In this document: positions 39,841 to 48,981 of the stretch, in pieces
Layout: each line of letters begins with the position of its first letter
How positions within the stretch are numbered: position 1 is the stretch's first letter
Source: Eubacteriales bacterium
GTDB taxonomy: Bacteria; Bacillota; Clostridia; Oscillospirales; CAG-272
Direction: 5' to 3'
Length of the DNA stretch: 64,000 nucleotides
NCBI GenBank assembly: GCA_045588675.1
Contig: JAZNER010000004.1
Location: 12,498 to 76,497, forward strand
Program-made: the position numbers and the translations under genes
Notes under the pieces: generated by a model
Database searches by the model: none
The model's input: only the letters and a program-made list of their open reading frames with translations
Told to the model about the DNA's origin: nothing

Positions 39841-40206
39841 ATGAGAAAAAATCTATATATAACCATAGCAATTTCAATATTTATTGCGACTGTGTCGTTC
39901 TTGATATTATTGAATTTATTTTTCACAGAGAGCTTCAAAGTAGAAACATATATATGCTTTGTTAATGATAATGGATCCCACTATCATTATCCGTACTGTG
40001 ATTACACAAAAAAAGAATCTAAGCAAACAACAATATACGAAGCGCAAAAAGATGGGTATAGATTGGGAAACTGTTGTAACCCTCTCAGAAACGATAGATT
40101 TAAAACGACAATATACCTGCGAGAGCAAAACTATATTCCCCCCACAATTATCAGCATTGCAATAGCAATAGGAGCATTCTTTGTGATAAAACAAAAAAAC
40201 ACATAG
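39841..40206 (+). CDS. small two-TM membrane protein with a Cys/His-rich extracytoplasmic segment
   Basis: I place the start at MRKNLYITIAISIFIATVSFLIL, after a GGGAG SD. The motif GSHYHYPYCDY...EAQKDGYRLGNCC fits the YH-x-x-C ... GY-x-x-C-x-C metal-binding pattern. AT-rich and the only plus-strand gene in this stretch. Confidence 0.55.
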   Translation: MRKNLYITIAISIFIATVSFLILLNLFFTESFKVETYICFVNDNGSHYHYPYCDYTKKESKQTTIYEAQKDGYRLGNCCNPLRNDRFKTTIYLREQNYIPPTIISIAIAIGAFFVIKQKNT

Positions 40207-40218
40207 AATGATATATTT

Positions 40219-40250
40219 GAAAGAGCCCATATGGGCTCTTTATTTTGTTT
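40219..40250. terminator. bidirectional terminator
   Basis: AAAGAGCCCATATGGGCTCTTT followed by ATTTTGTTTATTTT, between convergent genes. Confidence 0.7.
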
Positions 40251-43200
40251 ATTTTAATTTTCTTTTGATAAACCCCTCGGAATAGCCCCTGTCAAGAAGT
40301 GAATCAATTATTTTTTTGTATTCCTCGGTGTCCCCTTGACGTAGAGCCTTGCGCGCATCACTTAGTTTTCCGAGTACATATTCGCGCTCGTCCGCAAATG
40401 CATTGTTAACAGTCTTTGCGTCGAAATGCTTCTCGGCCTTCACTTCATCCTTTATATCGTTGTAAGTGCCGTAATCGCCGGATAACACGCCCTCTACAGC
40501 CTCTTGCACACGAGAATCCTTCTCTCGAATTGCTTTTTTAATAGCCGAAGTCGCATCGCTCTCGTTTTTAAACTGAGCTTTGATTTCATCAATTCGATCC
40601 TTATCGTCGTTTATCATAGCCCTGTAAAGCTTGTCAGTTTTAGATATTTTAGTGGAAGAATAATATCCCTCGTTAAATGATAAAAAATCTCCGTTAGCAA
40701 TATCCTGTGCATGCATATAGATAGATCTTCCCGTCCTAATCAAATTGCTCGTTGGAACACCAAACACATTTCCACAGGATATTATAAGATCTTCAAAATC
40801 CTCAAATGTGAGATCATCTTCATCCTTAAAATCAGATGTCAATTTCGAAATCGCTGTAAATACATCATTTATAGCATCAAATGAAATAGATGATACAAAA
40901 TTCTCGCTGTATGCATTTGACCCGGAAGCTATGACTTGTATTATATCAACCGTCTCGCTTCCAAAATGAGGGAATATATATCCCGCAAATTCTTCTAACA
41001 TATCCATTCCCTGAACCTTCAGCCAGCTTTCTGCAGTCAGCTCGTCATCCTCGTCGTCGCGGTATCTATCGGGCTTGTATCTTAATATCGCCATTAAAGA
41101 AGTCACAATGGATCCCCACATAGCAGATGTCATTATAGCGCCTACTACCTTGCCAAGCTTTCGGGCGTTTTCCTTCGTTCCATTCTGCATAAATTCACCC
41201 ACAGCTATACGAAGATTACCTGCATTCTGATAAAGGTCTGTCTTGAACGTTCCAAGCAGCTCTGTACCAATGCCACCGCTTCTTTGGATCTCGGGACGGT
41301 GAAGCACGTCGGTCATACTCTGGGTCGTCTCAACAACCTCATCATAATATTCTGCAGTAGCCTTCAAAAGCTCCTCTCCACGCAGTCCGGTCTTTTTAGC
41401 CACGTCCTGCTTTGCATATTTCCAAAGTGACAACGCCACAAGATAGTCGGTCTGTATCATTCCCTTGCTGCCGCCTTCGGTCAAAAGTTTACCAATCCAC
41501 GTGCGTTTCTTTGCAGTCGAAAGTGACTGCAATTCTGCATCGGATAAGCCTTGCTGCCTCATCCATGCCGTCGCGGTATATTTATCTACCTCTGCGGCAA
41601 TCTTTTTGTGGTTGAACTTGGTATATACAAGATTCGCAAGCATTCGCGCAGGGCCACGGTATTCAATCACCGACGTCGCCGAGAACATAGAACCTATCTG
41701 CTTCAGTCGGACAGATATATTCATAAAGAATGTCGCTCTTATGTAGTTGCTCTTTACCTTCTTGTAAATCCTTGAGAACGCCTCGTGCTTGGTTATTCTC
41801 TCTCCCTGGAGATCCTGCACCGTCTGCTCAATTACCTTTATCGCTCCGTCGCCGGCAGTCGCTTGAATCTGCTCCTTGACAGTTGCTCCCTCTGCAGACT
41901 TAACGTTCCAAACCTTGTTGAAATTTCGTATTGCTACAGCAAGGCCGTGTATTGTTCCTACCTGCTCAATATGTCTGTCAAGCACATTATTCAGTCCGGT
42001 CATAATAAGGGCGTTTGATGATCCTTTTTGTGTCTCCTGAAGCATACCGTATGAACTGATAGTTTTCTGTATATCATACTCTGCCGATATTTCTCTCACG
42101 ATAGAGTTTCTATCCACTTCAAACGGAATATACGCATCCTCGATCGCAAGTATCCTGTGCTTGAGCTGCATATAGGTATCGTTGATTGCAGTCTTGGCAG
42201 TTTCATTGAAGAAGATCCTTGCCGCGTTCATGTAATCCTGAGCCCAACGATCCCCCTCAAGCTCTGACTTAAATTGCGCTATAAGCTTGACTGCCTCAGG
42301 TCCCAGTACCTTGTGCGAATTCTCCGCATCTATGGAACCCTTGAGATTTCCCTTTGAGAGCCTATCGAGATCAGCGAAAACAATTCCACCGTTTTCTACA
42401 TGACGAGTTTTTTTGCTAGCGAGCTCTCTTTCGTAAGAAAGAATTGCCTGCATCTTCATCATCTTGGATATTCCAAATTTGCGGTCCTTCGCATCAATGT
42501 ATATTTTGCCACCGTCAGCTTGATATACGGCATTCTCGTATGCCTCAGAGTTTTTCCCCGTGGTCAGTGCCCCAAACGTTTTTTTAGCCCCCATCACAAA
42601 GAACTGCGCCTTTCTTACACCGACCTCAAAATCCTTGAATAGCTTATACAGAGGAGAATTTCTATTATATCCGCATACCTCAAGAACACGGCGAACAGGC
42701 GAGAGAGACTGATTTGCAATTCCGTCGTTCAACTTTTTAACAGCACCGCGTTTACCGTTCCTGCGCTTATTCTCAATGTCGCGCTGCTCAGCAATAATTG
42801 TATCTCCCGCATCGTAAACGTCAACAGCCTCTTTCTGACCTATAAGCTTTCGAGCATCCTTCAGCGTGCCGTCTATCGAGTGCAGTATGCTATACATTTC
42901 CTCAAGTTCTGCAAGACTCATTTCGCTAAGAGGCTTGTCTTTGAATTTACTCTCAAGCTTTTCAAGGTAATTTGCAATAACCTCGTCAAACTCACCAGCA
43001 TACAAAGGATCCGCGTCGTTCTTGATCTTCTTATATTCCTCACGAAGTCGAGCAAGCTTCTCCCTCGTTTGTACGCGCCTTTGCTGAGCCTTATTCACAC
43101 TACCGTCTGCCTTGTAAAGCTCGGTATCGATATTAATAAGCTCGCACACATCGATCATAGCCTGTGCAAGCGCACCGGGAATATATTTTCTCTCGGTTGG

Positions 43201-46200
43201 GTGCTGCAAAGTCTGCTGATGCTTGTCTTTAAACGCCTTAATCTTCTTGCGTATATCGCCCGAACGCCTGCTCTCAACACCCTTATCCCTTGCCTCACGG
43301 TAACCCTTCCTGATCTCATCCTCGTGCGCTTTAACTCGCTCGCGGTATTCCGCGAGCTTACGTTTACCCTCGGCAACCGCTTTTTTATATGCAGCCTCTT
43401 TCTCACGATCGATAAGCTCTCTGATAGGCTTCATTTCCTCATATTTGAGCAACCAGCTATCCGCGTTATCAATTATCTTTTGCAGCCTGTCTCTGCGCTG
43501 CTCAAGAGTCTTGATTTTTTCGACGTTGCGCTTACCTTTGGAAAAATAAAGGTCTTTAAGCTCACGCTTTGTCTTGTCAAGCTTCGCCTGTTTCGACTCT
43601 ATAGTTGAAAGGTTATCCTTATATTTTCTAAGCTTTTCTTTTGCATCAGGATCGGTCACCTGGCTTTCAATCGCATTTGCAAGAATCAAACGATTAGGTA
43701 CCGCGTCAAGATAAGCCTGCGCCACGTCCTCAGGGCTTCGGAGCGAACGACTTGCTTTCACTTCGCTATCGTCAACACCGTATTTGCTCTTCAAGGCGGA
43801 AAGCACCTCTTCAGTTTCATTGACTAACGTTATTTTTTCGCTATTTCCACTACTTTTTTGAGGACCACTGATGTCGTATTCCCACGCTTGTCCTCGGAAA
43901 TCCCCTTGAATGTTTCGCCCATCCATTCCATTAGTTCGTTTAGTTGTTCCAACGCCGGCAGAGCTGATACTATTCCAGCTATAGCGTCCTTTTCCACGCC
44001 TAAAATGAGCAAACCACGAATCAAATGCTGTTGTGCTTCCGTCAATTCCATTTTCTATCTCCTTTGTGAAGTTATCAATCGCCATTTTATTGCGATTGGT
44101 GATTTTAACTTTTAACAGAATAGTATAATCCGTAAATGATTGATTACTGTATATGTAGTAATAATCTTTTGTAAAAGCAAACCATTCTGATGGCAAGTTG
44201 TCTCTATATTTGCGCAAACGTTCAAAACGATTGTTCTCCATCGTTTCAATTTCTTGGCTTCGTCCACGTTGCGGTAGCCTACTCGCCTTAACCCCGCTAT
44301 TACCCGGTGGAGCTCGCGTGCTTTGCAGGGCCTTCGTTCCACCACGTATATCCTCTTGAATATCCGTCGCCCTCGCTGCTGCATCAGGAATTACCTCAAA
44401 AACGTCGATCCCGGCATAAGCGTCCGCGAAGATCTCTTCAAGAATATACTTTGACGAAACCGTCACCTTGCCGTTCTCGTCGGTAAAATAAAGAGCTGCG
44501 TACATTTTAATCAGTACGTTAAGCTTGCCCTTGTATTTCTTGTTGATCTTCTTTTTCATCCGATTAATACGCGATGGATCAGCTTTGACTATAGCGTGAT
44601 ATTCTTCGTGTAAAGCGATCTGTTCTGGGGAAACAACGCCATCAGCCTGTATCCACATTGTTTTACCGTCTTCAGCTATCAAGCCTCTTGCCACGTCGAC
44701 CTTTCCGTCCTCAACGAACTCCAAAGCTCCCGAAACAAAAACGACCTTTCTGCCTTGTGCCTCCTGATCCTCGGCAATCTGATGCATACCATCGTCGTAT
44801 TCAGATTCAGGTATAACCACGACATTTTCTGTGTCTGTACCATTGCCTATGCCTAAGCTTCTTGAGCTGACTTTCTCTAATCCTTCAGATTCGACAAGAG
44901 CTCCGATTCGAGCTGTGCGAGCCTCTTGAGAGCTTCTGGATCCTTGTTTTTCAGTTTCTCCTGTCCCGCCTTCCACTGCGGATACTTGTCCTTCGGTATC
45001 CTTACCGTCATTCCGTTTGCTGCTTTCGCGTATATGTACGCCTTGCTCATAATTTGCATTCTCCTTATTAATATTTATTTTACCACTCTCGCCGTCCTTT
45101 TGCAATACCTTACCGTCATTTTCTCCCGAAAGATCGGTGACTGCGTTCTTCTTCCTCGCACTATTCAGCGCCTTATCCATGATACCGAGATTATAAGCGT
45201 ACTGCCTCTGCTCGGGTGAGAGCAGCTCCATATTCTTCGCCGCAGATAAAGCCTTGCCACTCTTGCCCTGGTTGTAGAACGCATTGAAAGCCAGCGCCGC
45301 CTCGCCGAGATCTACGCCGCTCGCTATGCTCTCCGACATCGTAACCAGCCCGTGCAACCCCTCGGCGCCCATACCCAGCGTCATGGCGTAAGCCGCCGCC
45401 TGCGCCTGCTTCTGTGATTTGAAGCTCATCAATGCCCGTCTCTCACCGTCAGCCTCGGCAACAACGTCGAATTTGCTGTCAGCATTCTCAGAGATCGAGA
45501 ACGTAGCGCCACTCTGACCCGAAATTTTGCCCGTAGAGCCCTGTTTAGCCTTGGTTGAAGCCATTCCCCCTCTATCGCTCTTGCCTGCCTCTTGGTAGCT
45601 CTGAACCGCCGCTCGAACCTCGCTCACCGCGGCATTCTTGCCAAGCTTTGAGCCGAGCACGTCGTTCAGAGCGTTAAGCGCATACTTGTTAGCCGCCACA
45701 GCTGAAAGCGCCTTGTCGCTCACATCTCTGCCGTACAGTATATCGGTAATCGTATCCGAGAGCTTGCGCACCTCGGTCTTGTTCTCAATGTGCGCCGAAA
45801 GCCTCGACTGCACCGCAGTGCTTGTCTGCGACTCCGACATACTGGAATAAAGCTTGCCCACCGAATACCGGCTCGCACTCTTGCCGCTGTCCAGCTTCGC
45901 CTGCACCTTAGCCGCCTGCTTGTATGCCGCCGTGTTCTGATTCAACTCTAAGCCCTGCGCCGCAAGCGCGCCAACACCACTCTGCCCATTCTGCTTTATA
46001 AAGCTGTTGCCAACCTTCGAGGTGTTGATGGCGGTGTTAATGGTATTAACTCCCGTATCTATCGCCAACTTACCCCCGCCAAATCCGGCAGCAGTAAGCG
46101 CGCCCAAAAGTGAGCTGTAAAGCACCTCGTCCGCGGACGGATCCTCAAAGTCCACACCCGTGGCGATCTCCTTAAACCAACCCTCCAGCACTGTCTGAAG

Positions 46201-47973
46201 TCCTTCCTCAAGCCCTTCGTCAAGCGCACCGCCTGTGATCTTTATTGCACCGTTGGCAACAGCCTTGAGTATGCTCGTACCCTTGTTTCCAAGTTTTATT
46301 GCAACTCTTGATATGGCATTATCGACCTTGGTAGCCGCTTTAGCACCAAGAGTGCTGAATACTCCGTCACCTTTTGATACTCCGGGGATATGACCGAGCA
46401 AATACTCCATGCTACCTTCGGCAACTGCGACCATCACACCGTATGTGGTTGCCTGTTCTTTGCTATATCCAAGGTTGAGCATCTCCACTTTCGCACTACC
46501 GCCTGCCGATGCACCCATAAGAGTTGCACCGACTATCGCACCTGAACCGGGTAGAGCCATATTGGATACTGTCGATGCAAGGATAGAGGGAAGCATATTT
46601 GAAGTGGTGTTTATAATATCATAGTCTACCTGTCCGAGAGAACTGCCTCCGAGCCAATCGGGAAGCTTTGCTCCTGTGTCTGAAAGGTCTTCTCTTATCA
46701 TTCCCGATGCATATTGGGTAACAGAGGTAGGTGTGTAGCCATCGGCAAACCATCCCTTGATGCCTGATTGGAATTGGTCAACTCCTGCCTCAACTGCGAA
46801 CAGATATTGGAGAACAGGCTTGCCGTCATAGGATTCCGCAATATCCTCTGCTTCTCTGTAGTTTAGAGACTCTACAATAGAGTCAATATATTGCTCCGCA
46901 AGATTGGTATTGCCTTCTTCATCTTTTTTGAGATAATATGCAAAGGTCGAAAGCTCCTTATCAGTCATTTGACGGAATACATTTATCTTTTCGGCGTTTT
47001 CCGTGTTGTAATCGCTCAACCCCTTGAGTCCCTCGATGTATCCTGCTATGCCCGATTTAGGTTTTACCATATCCTCTGTATATAATTCTTGTCCCAACCA
47101 ACGCTCATTCAAGACTAAAGTGGCTGCTTTGAGATCATCATATACCGTTAAGCCGTTCCCAATTTTTGTTGTGCCTCCGACATTCTCATACGATATATGA
47201 TTGCCAAGTTCGGCATACTTCTCAAATTCAGGATCATAGTTCTCCGACTCCACATCAGCAACGGAGGCAAGTTCAGCGGCTTTCTGCGCTCTTTCAGCAA
47301 GGGTATAATTTACCTTTTTCTCGGACAGGGCAGATTTAAGTTCAGAGCGATCTCCATACTTTGAGGTCAATTCGGCAAGGCGAGCTTGCAGTGTCGCTCT
47401 TTCTTGCTCGTTGGCATAGCCTCTTGCTCCTGCTTGAATCCCATTGTAGGTTACATCTATACTCCTCTGTAACTCCTCCATCTCGTCAACGATTTGTTGT
47501 AGATTATTTATTTCTTCCTTACCTGCATTGAGGTCGAGGCTCATCCACTCTGCGTACTGTGCCTCGTATGCTTTCTGATCCTCAACAGCCTTCTTGAAGG
47601 CATCCTCTGAATCGTATTTGGAATAGTAATCAGAAGCCAACTTAAAGTTACTCTGCAAGTCGGTAAAGGTCTGTTGCCAAGTAGCATCGTCTTCCTCTTT
47701 TGAACTTGTGCCGAGTGCCTTGCTCAAGTCTCTTAAATTGGTGCTGCTATCAATATAACTATCAATAGCCGTTCTGTATGTTTCAAGGTCTTCGGCATAC
47801 AGATACTCGCCTTTTTGAATTTTCGTGGTGTAGGTGTTTAACAGAGCGGTGGATTCCTCGTTGGCTTTCTGCCAATCATATACCATAGTCGAGTCATACG
47901 ATCTTCGCTCGGTTGCCTTGAAGGAATCGCTACCTACTTCTTTCCTGTTTTTTGTGGCTTTAAATACACTCAT
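40249..47973 (-). CDS. giant 2574-aa multidomain protein with an HExxH (zincin-like) motif; polyvalent-protein-like
   Basis: Uninterrupted 7.7-kb ORF. It has coiled-coil stretches and Gly/Ala-rich hydrophobic segments (ALPGSGAIVGATLMGASAGG, LGALTAAGFGGG, VVGAIMTSAMWGSIVTSLMAIL). HEEYH lies at aa 1122-1126 (nt 44596-44610). I see no NTPase, methylase or relaxase motifs. Confidence 0.8.
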   Translation of the reverse strand: MSVFKATKNRKEVGSDSFKATERRSYDSTMVYDWQKANEESTALLNTYTTKIQKGEYLYAEDLETYRTAIDSYIDSSTNLRDLSKALGTSSKEEDDATWQQTFTDLQSNFKLASDYYSKYDSEDAFKKAVEDQKAYEAQYAEWMSLDLNAGKEEINNLQQIVDEMEELQRSIDVTYNGIQAGARGYANEQERATLQARLAELTSKYGDRSELKSALSEKKVNYTLAERAQKAAELASVADVESENYDPEFEKYAELGNHISYENVGGTTKIGNGLTVYDDLKAATLVLNERWLGQELYTEDMVKPKSGIAGYIEGLKGLSDYNTENAEKINVFRQMTDKELSTFAYYLKKDEEGNTNLAEQYIDSIVESLNYREAEDIAESYDGKPVLQYLFAVEAGVDQFQSGIKGWFADGYTPTSVTQYASGMIREDLSDTGAKLPDWLGGSSLGQVDYDIINTTSNMLPSILASTVSNMALPGSGAIVGATLMGASAGGSAKVEMLNLGYSKEQATTYGVMVAVAEGSMEYLLGHIPGVSKGDGVFSTLGAKAATKVDNAISRVAIKLGNKGTSILKAVANGAIKITGGALDEGLEEGLQTVLEGWFKEIATGVDFEDPSADEVLYSSLLGALTAAGFGGGKLAIDTGVNTINTAINTSKVGNSFIKQNGQSGVGALAAQGLELNQNTAAYKQAAKVQAKLDSGKSASRYSVGKLYSSMSESQTSTAVQSRLSAHIENKTEVRKLSDTITDILYGRDVSDKALSAVAANKYALNALNDVLGSKLGKNAAVSEVRAAVQSYQEAGKSDRGGMASTKAKQGSTGKISGQSGATFSISENADSKFDVVAEADGERRALMSFKSQKQAQAAAYAMTLGMGAEGLHGLVTMSESIASGVDLGEAALAFNAFYNQGKSGKALSAAKNMELLSPEQRQYAYNLGIMDKALNSARKKNAVTDLSGENDGKVLQKDGESGKININKENANYEQGVHIRESSKRNDGKDTEGQVSAVEGGTGETEKQGSRSSQEARTARIGALVESEGLEKVSSRSLGIGNGTDTENVVVIPESEYDDGMHQIAEDQEAQGRKVVFVSGALEFVEDGKVDVARGLIAEDGKTMWIQADGVVSPEQIALHEEYHAIVKADPSRINRMKKKINKKYKGKLNVLIKMYAALYFTDENGKVTVSSKYILEEIFADAYAGIDVFEVIPDAAARATDIQEDIRGGTKALQSTRAPPGNSGVKASRLPQRGRSQEIETMENNRFERLRKYRDNLPSEWFAFTKDYYYIYSNQSFTDYTILLKVKITNRNKMAIDNFTKEIENGIDGSTTAFDSWFAHFRRGKGRYSWNSISSAGVGTTKRTNGMDGRNIQGDFRGQAWEYDISGPQKSSGNSEKITLVNETEEVLSALKSKYGVDDSEVKASRSLRSPEDVAQAYLDAVPNRLILANAIESQVTDPDAKEKLRKYKDNLSTIESKQAKLDKTKRELKDLYFSKGKRNVEKIKTLEQRRDRLQKIIDNADSWLLKYEEMKPIRELIDREKEAAYKKAVAEGKRKLAEYRERVKAHEDEIRKGYREARDKGVESRRSGDIRKKIKAFKDKHQQTLQHPTERKYIPGALAQAMIDVCELINIDTELYKADGSVNKAQQRRVQTREKLARLREEYKKIKNDADPLYAGEFDEVIANYLEKLESKFKDKPLSEMSLAELEEMYSILHSIDGTLKDARKLIGQKEAVDVYDAGDTIIAEQRDIENKRRNGKRGAVKKLNDGIANQSLSPVRRVLEVCGYNRNSPLYKLFKDFEVGVRKAQFFVMGAKKTFGALTTGKNSEAYENAVYQADGGKIYIDAKDRKFGISKMMKMQAILSYERELASKKTRHVENGGIVFADLDRLSKGNLKGSIDAENSHKVLGPEAVKLIAQFKSELEGDRWAQDYMNAARIFFNETAKTAINDTYMQLKHRILAIEDAYIPFEVDRNSIVREISAEYDIQKTISSYGMLQETQKGSSNALIMTGLNNVLDRHIEQVGTIHGLAVAIRNFNKVWNVKSAEGATVKEQIQATAGDGAIKVIEQTVQDLQGERITKHEAFSRIYKKVKSNYIRATFFMNISVRLKQIGSMFSATSVIEYRGPARMLANLVYTKFNHKKIAAEVDKYTATAWMRQQGLSDAELQSLSTAKKRTWIGKLLTEGGSKGMIQTDYLVALSLWKYAKQDVAKKTGLRGEELLKATAEYYDEVVETTQSMTDVLHRPEIQRSGGIGTELLGTFKTDLYQNAGNLRIAVGEFMQNGTKENARKLGKVVGAIMTSAMWGSIVTSLMAILRYKPDRYRDDEDDELTAESWLKVQGMDMLEEFAGYIFPHFGSETVDIIQVIASGSNAYSENFVSSISFDAINDVFTAISKLTSDFKDEDDLTFEDFEDLIISCGNVFGVPTSNLIRTGRSIYMHAQDIANGDFLSFNEGYYSSTKISKTDKLYRAMINDDKDRIDEIKAQFKNESDATSAIKKAIREKDSRVQEAVEGVLSGDYGTYNDIKDEVKAEKHFDAKTVNNAFADEREYVLGKLSDARKALRQGDTEEYKKIIDSLLDRGYSEGFIKRKLK
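43830..44051 (-). CDS. nested +1-frame ORF (73 aa) inside the giant gene
   Basis: An AAAGGAG SD lies 7 nt upstream of the ATG. The product, MELTEAQQHLIRGLLILGVEKDAIAGIVSALPALEQLNELMEWMGETFKGISEDKRGNTTSVVLKKVVEIAKK, looks like a folded helical protein. Confidence 0.4.
   Translation of the reverse strand: MELTEAQQHLIRGLLILGVEKDAIAGIVSALPALEQLNELMEWMGETFKGISEDKRGNTTSVVLKKVVEIAKK
44877..45059 (-). CDS. nested +1-frame ORF (60 aa, or 57 aa from ATG 45050) inside the giant gene
   Basis: TAAGGAG precedes it; the second ATG lies 10 nt after the SD. The product is MSKAYIYAKAANGMTVRIPKDKYPQWKAGQEKLKNKDPEALKRLAQLESELLSNLKD. Confidence 0.35.
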   Translation of the reverse strand: MQIMSKAYIYAKAANGMTVRIPKDKYPQWKAGQEKLKNKDPEALKRLAQLESELLSNLKD

Positions 47974-47985
47974 TGTATAGCCTCC

Positions 47986-48981
47986 TTAATCCTCGTATTT
48001 CAAATACTTGTTTTGAGTACCGTCCCAAATCCACTTAGTTCCATCAGGAGTCTGCCAAACATTTTGGGTCACTCCATTTATTACATCGGTTATTCCTGTT
48101 TTGGATAGTTTTTCACCGTTTATATTGTTGGGCTGATACCCATTTGACCATGTTCCGTTCTTAACATCCGGGTTGATGCTACCAGTATACGGATTAACCC
48201 CTTGCGCAAACGAAAATGTTTTTCCACCCTCGCCATACATAAAAACATTATTTCCCAAGTCATCTTGTGTTCCAGTATAAATGTACTTGGTGAATTCTTC
48301 TTCTTCGGTTGCTTGCATAGCAACACCGTAAAGATTCCAATAGGTCACATCATACCCCGAAGCCGCAATCAGCTCGGAGTCAATCTCATCTAATGGCGTT
48401 CCTACTGCCAAAAGATTATGGATTTTTTGACATGCTTCTTCTTTCTCAGCTTTCAAATTTGAAGCATCAAACTGCTGTTGCCACTGATTATCGCCTACCT
48501 TGTCTCTCCAAATCGACTGCGAAATACCAAGATTATCAATTTTTTCTTGTCTCTGTGAGTCGTAAAGAGCACGTGCTGCATCCTCAAGCTTTTCCATATA
48601 ACCGTTATACGCCTGATTTGCCGCACTTGTCGCATAGCTCGAAGCAAGACCGCCTGTACGCGCCGATACCCGCCCTATTGTGTCATCCATAGCCTTTTTC
48701 CCTTGCTCTGAATATCTCTTGGCTAGTGAGGCATAATCGTCGCCATTAGTAAAGTCATCGTAATTCATATCAGCAATCTCTGCCGCCAGCCTTTTTATGT
48801 TGGACTCAGTTCCTATAATATCTCCATCTGTCGTCCATCCCCCAAGATTCCCAAAACCTGATATCGTAGGATATGATACCTTAGATTCATCATCTATGCT
48901 TGGCGAATCGCCGTAAACAGCGTCTTTTCCATAACCTAGTCCATCGTACACCAAAGGGTATTTGTTGCTAAGCTTAATCAT
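47986..48981 (-). CDS. hypothetical 331-aa protein
   Basis: Immediately upstream of the giant gene in the same operon. The C-terminal Gly/Asn/Trp-rich segment is probably beta-rich. No family recognised. Confidence 0.6.
   Translation of the reverse strand: MIKLSNKYPLVYDGLGYGKDAVYGDSPSIDDESKVSYPTISGFGNLGGWTTDGDIIGTESNIKRLAAEIADMNYDDFTNGDDYASLAKRYSEQGKKAMDDTIGRVSARTGGLASSYATSAANQAYNGYMEKLEDAARALYDSQRQEKIDNLGISQSIWRDKVGDNQWQQQFDASNLKAEKEEACQKIHNLLAVGTPLDEIDSELIAASGYDVTYWNLYGVAMQATEEEEFTKYIYTGTQDDLGNNVFMYGEGGKTFSFAQGVNPYTGSINPDVKNGTWSNGYQPNNINGEKLSKTGITDVINGVTQNVWQTPDGTKWIWDGTQNKYLKYED

Noticed and set aside
42880-43608. 242-aa plus-strand ORF antisense to the giant gene.
   Set aside because: It is the Leu/Phe-rich mirror image of the Lys/Glu coiled-coil region of the giant protein. 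It has no SD and its composition is not protein-like.
44112-44384. 90-aa same-strand +1-frame ORF in the giant gene, in the same frame as the two nested ORFs I report.
   Set aside because: The translation (MQQRGRRIFKRIYVVERRPCKARELHRV...) is Arg-rich junk with no SD. It shows that this alternate frame is unusually open here, which tempers the significance of the other two.
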